A stretch of DNA of 64,000 bases, from the NCBI GenBank assembly GCA_002189035.1, contig NEEC01000007.1:744001-808000 (forward strand), read 5' to 3'. The notes below the pieces were generated by a model. That model saw nothing but the letters and a program-made list of their open reading frames with translations, made no database searches and was not told the DNA's origin. The position numbers and the translations under genes were made by a program. Positions within the stretch are counted from its first letter, which is position 1, and every line of letters begins with the position of its first letter. Shown here in pieces: positions 12,301-21,800 of the stretch. Origin of the DNA: Utricularia gibba (taxonomy: Eukaryota > Plantae > Magnoliophyta).

Positions 12301-14195
12301 ATCTGAAACAAAATGAAGACAGCTCACCTGTGCGAGGATATGCACCAATCAACGATATCTATGATAGGGCATTGAGCACCTATGAACCAGCAAGCGTTCA
12401 GGAAGCTCTCGCTGACCCAGATTGGAAGAAATCCATAGACGAAGAATTCAACTCCATCCAGAAACACGGCGTTTGGACAGCAGTGCCTAAGCCGAAGCAG
12501 AAAAAACCTCTGGACCTAAAATTCATATTCCGTCCCAAGTTAAATCCTGATGGCACTCTGAACAAAAGAAAATCCAGACTGGTGGTAAAGGGATATTTAC
12601 AGAAAGAAGGGATTGATTACCTGGAAACCTTCGCTCCGGTGGCAAGATTAGACACCATTAAGCTGATTATTGCACTTGCGGCCTGCAACAAGTGGTATTT
12701 ACATCATCTGGACATAAAAACGGCCTTTCTGCATGGAGAGTTAAGCGAAGACATATATGTGAACCCCCCTCCAGGTTTCATCATCCGAGATAATCCAGAA
12801 TATGTACTGAAATTAAATAAAGCTTTATACGGACTCAAGCAGGCCCCCAAAGAATGGTATACTACCATTGACACTTTCTTTCTAGAGCTGGGATATACAA
12901 GAAGTCAAAATGATACTACATTATACATATCTGAGGATATCCAAGGAAAAGTTATTGTCTCCTTATACGTAGACGACATTCTAATCACAGGCAGCAGTGA
13001 AGAACGAATTTCTGAATTACAGAAGCTATTGCAGCAAAGATTTGAACTCACCAATCTGGGACATGCACGTTATTTCCTAGGAATGGAGATCATTCAACAT
13101 AAAGACTTCATATTTTTGAACCAACGTAGATATACAGAGGAACTACTCAAAAAATACAGCATGGAATCATCAAAAGTATCTACTACTCCTTTCTCACCAG
13201 AAGTTAGAAAGAAATTATCTGACCTTAATTCTCATCCAGTTGACTCTCATAACTACCAGAAACTCATTGGCGCTCTGATGTATTTAACTGCTACTAGACC
13301 GGATATAACCTTCGCCGTATCATTTCTGGCCAGATTCATGCATCAGCCACACAACACACACCTGGAAATAGCAACACGTATCCTGAAATATTTGAAGGCC
13401 ACAACTTCCTTTGGTTTATATTACAAGAAAGGTACTAACCCTATTTTGCAGGGATTTGTTGATTCAGACTTTGCTGGCGACGAACAAGATTGTAAATCTA
13501 CCACAGGCTATCTATTCAACTTAGGATCAGCGGTATTTTCATGGAACAGCAAGAAACAAGCCGTCACTGCACAATCATCGGCAGAAGCCGAATACATCGC
13601 AGGAGCTGCTGCTGCCAACCATGCGCAATGGTTGGTGAAATTATGCGATGACCTGAAAATTCAAATTACAAGACCGATAATACTCAAGATAGATAACAAA
13701 TCTGCCATTAGCATCGCAAAAAATCCTGTGATGTTCGGTCGGACCAAGCACATCAAGCTTAAATACCATATACTCAGAGATTATGTGAAGGAAGGACTGA
13801 TTAAACTTGAGTACTTACCATCGGATGAGCAACCTGCAGATATTCTCACCAAATGCTTATTCCCAAGGAATTTCAACAGAATCAGAGAAATGCTGGGAAT
13901 TCGGAGAAATCCTCTTGTGACAACAGCCGGATCTTCATTACTCCCTCAGGGAGGAATGTCAGCAAGTGGTGGAGCAACGAAGATCCGGGAAGTCTCAACC
14001 CGCGAAGATGAATGGCGCGCGACCTCTGTTCCTCCCATGAGAAGCAACCCTCAATTAGATTGGGAAAAAGGCCTTATCATACTTGGGCCTCAACATTCCA
14101 AACTACTGGCCCAAGAAGAAGCATCTGAAGCCCAGTCCATGAAAGAAGTCCTAGTAAATTCTGGCTGCTACACAGTAGATGAACAAGAGGACTAA
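9345..14195 (+). CDS. Gag-Pol polyprotein (1616 aa from ATG 9345)
   Basis: Gag APPIFTGQRYASWAVRM; two CX2CX4HX4C knuckles; protease WFIDSGCSHH; integrase HHCC plus SDVCGP/SDNGGEY/GICERKNR; RT LYVDDILIT; RNase H VDSDFAG/AEAEY/IDNKSA. No stops. Confidence 0.97.
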   Translation: MAALQQAPPIFTGQRYASWAVRMESYLQMNDLWSVVDPVRPDSSEIATAESLKLTDAQVKKAKYALDQALSEEVFNRVMLLKSPKDIWKKLEEFYGEDTEARESRIQRQWELFDNLKFLPGMSISHFSETLIKIVTELQTLGEPLEDRRIKSKILSSLPRSFAPVVTTLRVTGIHSISSRKLLERLSESEVEVGLGEGQELAFKATENQKGYGSQSSNEPVIFQAKIEKPSTGDSCPFCKRKGHSPTQCFWSPDAKCLYCSLQGHVDKVCPLKKYHQIGGKAADPKDKLTSAMNDVNLAAEMNKKKIDIYSLRRKTLITSFVDLRKQDIWFIDSGCSHHITNDKSLFTTFIELTGKVIEIADGNHLQVIGQGTVCLETVQKLIKITDVYLVPQAYHNLLSTGQLVEKGMKVHLESNECKILDEEDNILLTVAMTDRVFPLLPNATSIDYNICLKSLESSEIWHQRLGHHHYASLISMKKRNLAEGIPNIIPEEKHCRICFQGKMSRTPLPKSSIHSQKKLEVVTSDVCGPMASPTRAGNKYYVIFIDEYSKYTWIYLLKHKSEVLHHFQVFKVLAETQSNSKILTLRSDNGGEYKSTELRHICETNGITHQFTTPYTPEQNGICERKNRTIVNMARCLLYQKHLPLEFWGEAVNTAVYLLNRLPTKGNKDCKTPYELWYNKIPSLDHMKVFGSPCYIYIPKEKRSKWDKRSDEGIFLGYSNTSKAYRVLNLRTNEVELSRDVTVDETRIYNWSSSTTHDKNHSYSENIWNLFPQQGHDATTEPLSIHPARNSPSQDSIQQEMTASGTNMLRVQATLEDQITNSNDRASNSTDLRGHSVSTTDILEVSNSENLPPPSPDVPRTIEPESPCTTEDPVNTQQFPEGSLATTIEDMRYEDADSEHIPEQTLECHETLINSIRNPKEITELSSTDTSEEENSSGEDEETQNRGPNLAARNPILIPSPQRQSYLEDYGQEGVPYTPHHLCMDLKQNEDSSPVRGYAPINDIYDRALSTYEPASVQEALADPDWKKSIDEEFNSIQKHGVWTAVPKPKQKKPLDLKFIFRPKLNPDGTLNKRKSRLVVKGYLQKEGIDYLETFAPVARLDTIKLIIALAACNKWYLHHLDIKTAFLHGELSEDIYVNPPPGFIIRDNPEYVLKLNKALYGLKQAPKEWYTTIDTFFLELGYTRSQNDTTLYISEDIQGKVIVSLYVDDILITGSSEERISELQKLLQQRFELTNLGHARYFLGMEIIQHKDFIFLNQRRYTEELLKKYSMESSKVSTTPFSPEVRKKLSDLNSHPVDSHNYQKLIGALMYLTATRPDITFAVSFLARFMHQPHNTHLEIATRILKYLKATTSFGLYYKKGTNPILQGFVDSDFAGDEQDCKSTTGYLFNLGSAVFSWNSKKQAVTAQSSAEAEYIAGAAAANHAQWLVKLCDDLKIQITRPIILKIDNKSAISIAKNPVMFGRTKHIKLKYHILRDYVKEGLIKLEYLPSDEQPADILTKCLFPRNFNRIREMLGIRRNPLVTTAGSSLLPQGGMSASGGATKIREVSTREDEWRATSVPPMRSNPQLDWEKGLIILGPQHSKLLAQEEASEAQSMKEVLVNSGCYTVDEQED
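13948..13956 (+). promoter_or_regulatory. Polypurine tract
   Basis: AGGGAGGAA immediately before the TG of the 3' LTR. Confidence 0.8.
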
Positions 14196-14402
14196 TCTAC
14201 AGACTAAAGGCAACGGTCATATTTTAGGCCTGATATGATCCAACGGGCAACTCTCCTCATCTATATAAATCCCTGTTTGCTTTATGAAAAAAAAGGAAAG
14301 TTCTTTTCGATCCAAAAACAATAGTCAATATCCACAAACTTCAACATTCTCTCAACGTTCAACCAAGTCTCCAACAAAATCAAGCAGCCAAAAATACTTT
14401 TA
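13957..14402 (+). repeat. 3' LTR (TG...TA)
   Basis: Direct repeat of 8834-9279; preceded by the PPT and followed by TSD CAATC at 14403-14407. Confidence 0.95.
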
Positions 14403-16727
14403 CAATCCAGGTAATGATCGATATTCATCTGTCGACACGACCACAGCCACCAATGACAATCACCCAACTACTGTAGGCTTCTATAATTGGAACAAAGTCT
14501 TCCTCATCTATTGTGACGGCGGCTCCTTCACCGGAGATGTCGAACAAATGTATCCGGTGAGAAGCTTGTTAACCTTTTGTCATTACAATGGATTACTTTC
14601 ATGACATTCGGCTTGTAATTATTAGCAATACAAGCTGTGGATGAGGGGCTCCAGGATCTTTAACACCGTGATGGATGAGATACTGGAGTTGGGATTGAAG
14701 AACGCTCAAAATGTAACCAGCCCTTCATCTCTTTTAACGCATCGCGTTTGAAATCTGAACCCGTGGCCTTCGTAAAACCAGGCCATACTCGCCGGCACGT
14801 CCGCCGGGGGTCTAGCCACGTACTTGCATTGTGACATCTTCCGGGAGCTGATTCCTAAGACCCAGAGGGTCAAGTGCATCGCTGATTCCGGGTTCTTCTT
14901 CTATGGGTAACTTCGTTAATCATCAATAATTTTTTCCTATGCCCTGGAAATTTCCGTCAAAATGAAATTGCTTTTTCCGACAGGGAGAATCATAAAGGGG
15001 CTGACTTCAGAAAACAGTACAACGTGAATCTTCTCGAATACCATGTAATTAATACCTACTACAGATTTTATTATTACAATTTAACCTTAATTTTGTTGTC
15101 TTAATTGTTAATTAACCATTCAGGGAATGCTGAAATTCCTACCGAAATCATGCACTTCCAGAATGGATCCTGCATTGGTCCGATATGAATCCTTAATTAC
15201 GGTTTAATTGTGTTGTTAAATTAATGATTAACCCTAATTACCCTCTCCCAAACCTCCCTATAGTGTCTCTTCCCAGAAAACATCGTGGCTGATATCAAAA
15301 CCCCAATTTTTATACTGGAGTCTGCATTTGACTGGTGGAAGGTAACGAATTCATACCCAATTCTGAATTCTAAACCCTAAATTGATCAATTTTGTTGCAA
15401 AACATCACCCGCTAAGCTAATTTCTTCTTGTTAGATAAAATGGAGATACCTCCTTGACGACAGCAAAGATCCTACCTGGCAGCAATGCTTGAACAACATA
15501 ACAAACTGCGGAGCTCCACAACTCGCAGTGCTCTATGGTACGATCAATTTGATTTTTTTTCTACTGGTAAAAAGAGTTCCAACGCGACTCTGCGTCAGAT
15601 TTCCGGAACGCATTCTTGGAGTCATTTCGAAAGGCCGGTTACTCTTCCTCTCGGGGAGTGTTCGTTCACGACTGCTACGGCCACGGCCACATCATGACCA
15701 CCCCGGAGATGTGGAGATGCCCACACATTGCGGGAGACACGGTAAATGAAATCACAACTAGCGCTACTATTGCTTACAGATGTTAAATGACGCGATGCTC
15801 CTTGCGAACTGAGGACGATCTGTCGTTTGCAGACGGTTGCGAAGATGATCAGCGATTGGTACTTCGATCGGAAAACCGTCCAGATTATGATGCCCCCTGG
15901 AAACCCTAGAAATTGCAGTCGCACGCCGCAAGAGATACAATTGCAAACTCAAATGGTGATGTTACCGTTACAAAAATCATTACCTTCAATCTCAAGTTTT
16001 TATATAAGAGAAAAATAAAAAAAGGCATTCTTTTGTATTCTTTTTAGATAATTTCAATAATATTTAGGTTTTAGTAAATCTCCTTTCATATCCATCTCTA
16101 TAAAAAAAAATCGTTCTATGATATTAAAGAATACTTTAATAAAAAAAAATATTACGAAAAATAAAATCAAAACTCAAATTAAGTATTAAAAATATAATAA
16201 AACAGTAACAATTGCAGTAACTTCACAAATAAACCTTCATCACACATCTTTAGTAGCAAATGGCTAGACGCGGCTAAAATCCACACCATATCCACTAAAC
16301 CATTCAATGCGAGGCATATAGAACCTGATGTTTCGTATGGATTTCATTAAGAAAAACGTTAATAAATGTTTGATATAGACGGAATTAAAAAAAAAATTTC
16401 TAGAATTTTTTAGATCACGAAAAATATTATATATATTTATATTAATTATGGAATATAATATAAAAATGGAGCATGCCAGCAACGAGGGTATGCTTTTTAA
16501 ATACAATGGATTGCTAGTTTGTCTTCTAGTCCGTGCTTCTAGCAGTTTCAGTCAACGTACACCAATCATTTAAAGGGAATTTTCTTGTAATATATGAAAT
16601 AGTAATTGTGTAAAATTTATTATTGCAAGAAATTTTTTGTTTATAAATAGGAGATGGTGAAGTTTCTGTACACTATTAGCTAATTGCTGCCTCTTCTGGG
16701 ACTTGTGTTGCAGGGGATTCTGTCACA

Positions 16728-18379
16728 ATGGCAATCAGCCCATCTCCAGGAGTCATTACATGCAAAGGTGGTTTATATTTCTACTTCTTTGTCACTAGAA
16801 ACTTTTCATGTTGGTTTCTTGAGCAGTGCTGATGTACCAGTTTGGTTGTGTTTTGTTTTCCGGTGTAGCCGCGGTTGTGAGGAAGTCCGGCGAGCCGTTG
16901 CAGGTGGAGGAGATTCAAGTTGATCCACCCAAGTCCTCTGAAATCAGGATCAAGATGCTTTGTGCCAGCATGTGTCACACTGATATACTCTGTTGCAATG
17001 GCCTACCTGTTGTAAGCTACTCCATCACTCTTTTAGCGTTTCAAAACCATAGAAACAGTCTAGACTTTGTCTCATTTCATTACGAAAAAGCAAAGCAGCT
17101 TATTTGCTTGACTTGCTTTTCAGCCTTTGTTTCCTCGAATTCCTGGACACGAAGGTGTTGGGTAAGTCTCTCGTTCTCTTTACATTTCAAGGAATTCGAA
17201 ACCATCTTCGGTTGGCGATTTGCGTTTGTATGGATGTCGCAGGGAAGTGGAGAGTGTTGGTGAAGGGGTGGCACACATCAAGCCTGGAGAAATTGTGATG
17301 CCACTGTATTTGGGCGAGTGTGGAGAGTGCCTCAACTGCAGCTCCGGGAGGACAAATCTATGCCACAAGTATCCGCTTGGTTTCAGCGGAGTACTGGCGG
17401 ATGGAACTTCAAGAATGTCAGTCGGAGGAGAGAAAATCTACCATCATTTCAGCTGCTCCACATGGTCTGAATATGTTGTCATTGAAGCAAACTACGCAGC
17501 GAAGGTGGATCCAAGAGTTTCTCTTCCACATGCAAGTTTCCTCTGCTGTGGCTTCACTACAGGCATCGGATCAACATGGAGAGAAGTTGACATTGAAAAG
17601 GGAGCAACTGTTGCCGTCATTGGCCTTGGTGCTGTTGGACTTGGGGTAATCTCAGTCCCTTCTAGAATTTGCTATACCGATTGAGTTCATCTGAACAGCG
17701 TCTGCGTATGATCCTGTAGGCGGTGAAGGGAGCTCAGCAGAAGGGAGCCTCCATGATCATCGGAATCGACATCAATGACAAGAAGAAACCAAAGGCAGAA
17801 GCTTTTGGAATCACACACTTCATAAACCCGAAGCTCTCCCTGGACAAGTCTGTCTCTGATCTGGTAAAGGAAGCAACCGGAGGACTGGGAGTCGACTACT
17901 GTTTCGAATGCACCGGGGTGCCAAACCTCCTTAACGAAGCCGTAGAAGCCTCCAAAGTGGTGAGAAAAACTCCAAAATCAACACATACGAACACAAAGTA
18001 TATCTGCTAATGACTGAGTTACTCTGCAGGGACTAGGGACAATTGTGTTTATAGGCGCAGGGCTCCAGAAGAGTGGAGAGCTGAACTATATACCACTCTT
18101 GTGTGGAAGGACGATCAGGGGATCCATTTATGGTGGAGTTAGGCCTCAGTCTGATCTCCCAGTCATTGTGGAGCAATGCGTCAATAAGGTAAGCATCTGT
18201 TCAAGTGCAGCATTTCAAAGCTAAGTTCCACACTTGAGACTAGAAGTCACTTATGGAAATCTGGACAGGAAATAGATCTTGATCAGCTCATCACTCACGA
18301 GGTTTCACTGGCTGAGATTAACAAGGGGCTGGAGTACATGAAGCTGCCTGACAGTGTGAAGGTGGTGATCAAGTTTTGA
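16728..18379 (+). CDS. 8HGO: Zn-dependent medium-chain dehydrogenase, 8-hydroxygeraniol oxidoreductase-like (iridoid pathway), 7 exons, intact
   Basis: VITCK|[10 protein letters not shown]...CASMCHTD...GLPV|[13 protein letters not shown]...[28 protein letters not shown]...[12 protein letters not shown]...GLGAVGLG...VKVVIKF*. This closely follows my recollection of Catharanthus 8HGO. Confidence 0.82.
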
Positions 18380-18817
18380 TGATCATTCAGCCCATGGGGA
18401 TGGGGAATATGACAACAGGGGTTGTTTATTTACATGTTATATGTGGATAAATCAACTCAATAAAAAGAATTTGATGCAAAAGATCGAAATTTTAATACAC
18501 CATGCTTCAAAATTTTGATTTTGACATTAAAAAATACAGTAGGAAGTTTTGGAAAACCATTCGATTTTTCCACACAGCAACAATCAGCCAGGCACCTGTG
18601 GGGCCGTTGTGTAATTTCAGAAAGTGTTGGGGAAATAGAAAAGGTGTTACTGTAAATAATGAAAAGATTTGGGATTGCAATATAAATTAGTCATCGAATC
18701 AGAAATTTTGAAATTTCATTTGTCGACAACGATACCGAGATCCGCGCCTCAGTGTTCTCAGCGCGAACTCGCGGGTCTTCAACGTGGAAGGAGTGTAGGC
18801 CGAGAAGGCTTCGGTCC

Positions 18818-21800
18818 ATGGATGCGAATCCTAATCGTGCCCGTATTGATCAGGTTTGGGTTAAATTTCCAGTGTCTCGTGCTTTGTTCGGATACTTCGT
18901 TGAAAAATATGTTCTTTTTTAGAACTTTTGATGAAGACGAGGCTCATGTATTTGAATTGATTTAAATGTGCAGTATTTTTCGTCGAAGAAAAAGAGAAAG
19001 ACTCTGTCGCCGGTATCAAAATCTGGAGGAGGCGAGAGAGAGCCACAAATCCATGTTGAAGGTTCACGCGGTATAAAATTTTCTCTGGGAAGCTTTTTGC
19101 TTGGTTGTAAAAAGGATTCTTCTTCCGAGGCATCAAACTCTAGTTGTGAGGAGAAGGCATTATCACGTGGAGAAGAAAAGGGCGATTCAGGAAGATGCTC
19201 GGATAGAGTAAAGTTTGAATCTTCTCGAGGTACGAGTGAAGGTAAGAACATCCATGACAAGAATTCTTCTGATGCTGGCTCTGTCGCGAAAAACCCCGAG
19301 CTGAGTGAGTTCGCCACTGGCTTCCTGTCACTGTATTGCAGGTATTAAAATATCATCTCTGAATCGTTTATCCGATCCCTGTCATTGAAAATTATCGATT
19401 TACCGATTTTTGTGTATGCTTTCCTTGCTTATTAATTTCATCTATGGAATTGTACTTGGTCCTGCACCTTTTTGATGTGTTTCACAATTTTATGTCTTAA
19501 AAAGTGATATACAGCCGTGTTTCAAATTTCCATCACGAGAAACGGAAATTGCTCGTCAAGTAGAGGAGATTTCCCCCAAGAAAAAACGATGCAGGAATGA
19601 TGAGAATGAGCCCTATGCGCCAAATACATTGAACTGTTCCCCCGTGGACATAACAGAAAAGATTTTTTGCAAATCTCTTGAGAATTCAAGCGGTTTAGGA
19701 AAGGTGATTTTATACAAGTGATTACATTTCTGCTTATATGCAAATGAATGAAAGTTTGGTCAAACATGTTGACAGGATGCCATGCAGAACGGTCATTTGG
19801 TATCTCCAGCAGGTTTAAGAAAATGCAGTCATGCAATTTCTTTAGCTATAGCCGAATGCCAAACAACTGGCTCTTCAGATACTGGGAATGGTGTTGGAGG
19901 AACTCCTCATTCATCAAAGGGAAGCTTGAACATATCACCTGGGGAAGCTTTCTGGAATGAAGTAATCAATGTCGCTGATGGGCTCGTTGCAAATGAAGGT
20001 CTCTGTTCTCATGTTGGAAAAGATACTCGAGCCCTACATGTTGGAAGTGGGCATTTTATTTCTGAAAAAGTGAAAGTTGGAAGTCATGATCACATTTTAA
20101 ACATGGGTGCCGATGGCATGAGTTGTGATGCTGAGCCTCATTCTTCCAGAGCCTCAGTCAGGATTCAAGGAAAACATCCAGAAAAAGAACTATCACCTTT
20201 GCCTGTGAAGCACATTGATTTTGCTTCTGAAGTTGACGATTTTGACTTTGGGCAAGATGCTAACAATTATTCCAGGGTTGTAGACCCAGGAAAAAAGGAG
20301 ATTGTGTGTGCATCTAGTCATTATTTTTGTTTTCAAAATAATGCTGGCGTAGCAGCTTCTAGAAGCATTAAAAACAAACCAGCGGAGACATTGCATCAAA
20401 GCAGTGGGAATTCTACTTCTAATTGTTCTACTCATGAGCATGGTGTGGCCTCTATTCAGGAATGCAAAAGCATTGGCACCCCAGCAAGTTCCTTGTCCAA
20501 GGGCTGTTTTAAAATTGATAGTTTGCTGCCACCTGAAATATGCAATGTGTACAAGAAAAAAGGGATATCAGAACTCTTTCAATGGCAGGCATGCTTTTTT
20601 CCTTCAATTTTACGTTGTTGAGCTTAACTTCCGAGATTTAGTGTTAATTTGATAGTTTAGGATGCTGAACTAGCCCCAAGGGTTTTTGCTCTCATAACAG
20701 AATTTTCTTACTGCTTTAGGTTGACTGTCTTCAAGTTGATGGTGTCTTGAATAATCGCAACCTTATTTATTGTGCTTCTACAAGGTGATTAAGTTGTGGG
20801 CAGATTACTGTTGTGGTGTGACTGTTTATTTCATACTAATGTTACATTAAGCGATCCTTTTGGCATGTTCCTTGTTCTGTATTATATAGTGCGAATCAGG
20901 TTCTGATTTAAGATTATCGTATTTTTACTGATTTCTTTTTTACTTCAAGCTTGGTGAATTCTACATTGAAACTCATGGCAGTTATGAAAAGTTGGGTGAT
21001 GTAAAAGAAGGCAATGTTTCCCCACATATTGTTTATTAGATGGCGAAGTGAATTTGGACTTGTCTAATGATTCTAGCATATATTTCTTCAATGGACTGCT
21101 CCCATTTCAGTGGGAAAAGAGCTTCGTTGTACTGGATTTTTGCTATTTTTGTAGTGTTTCACCTTTTTTTCACCCACCTATTTTCTTGTGTATAATTCCA
21201 ACATTTGATCATGGATATTGCCAGTTTTAACATTTTTTTGTTCTTACAGTGCTGGTAAAAGCTTGGTCGCTGAAATACTGATGCTTAGAAGAATTTTAAC
21301 AACCGGGAAGATTGCCCTTCTTGTGCTACCATATGTATCTATTTGTTCAGAAAAGGTGCAGTGTTTTTTTCTTTATTAATCATTCAAGAACATTTGCTTA
21401 CATTTGTACAAGTATCTCTCAGGCTGAGCATCTTGAAGCTCTTCTAGATCCAGTTGGAAAGCATGTCCGAAGTTTTTATGGCAATCAGGGTGGAGGTAAT
21501 GTTCCTAAGGACACTTTTGTGGCTGTTTGCACAATTGAGAAAGCCAACTCATTAATCAACAAGTTGTTGGAAGATGGGCGTTTATCAGAGCTTGGTACAG
21601 TTGTAATTGATGAGCTACACATGGTATTCAACTTAAATATTACAGTAGGTTTTTGGGTGTTCTGATAGTTTCTTATCACAATAATTGACAATAATACCAG
21701 GTTGGTGACGAAAGCAGGGGCTACCTTTTGGAGCTCTTGTTGACCAAGCTTCTATATGCAGCTGGTGAAGGCAATGTAGGATCTTCTAGTGGAGAAAATT

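Larger units (their letters stand above)
8834..14402 (+). mobile_element. Full-length intact Ty1/copia LTR retrotransposon (Ivana/Oryco-like by Gag double zinc knuckle), 5569 bp
   Basis: Two 446-bp direct repeats, CAATC TSD on both sides, PBS, PPT, and a single ORF in Gag-PR-IN-RT-RH order. Confidence 0.97.
8321..16018 (+). pseudogene. Pectin acetylesterase (PAE/Notum family) gene, about 12 exons, interrupted in exon 3 by the LTR retrotransposon
   Basis: Signal-peptide-like MANPWFIFLLCSSLGL; VCTDGSPAAY; C-x5-C; EENPAFN^[22 protein letters not shown]; [10 protein letters not shown] (nucleophile); CLFPEN; ESAFDWWK; VHDCYGHGH; ISDWYFDR. Exon structure matches plant PAEs. Confidence 0.85.

Noticed and set aside
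11600-12380. Long Ser/Thr/Glu/Pro-rich stretch between integrase and RT that might be a captured domain
   Set aside because: Copia elements commonly have a variable low-complexity linker here, and no domain motif is recognisable.
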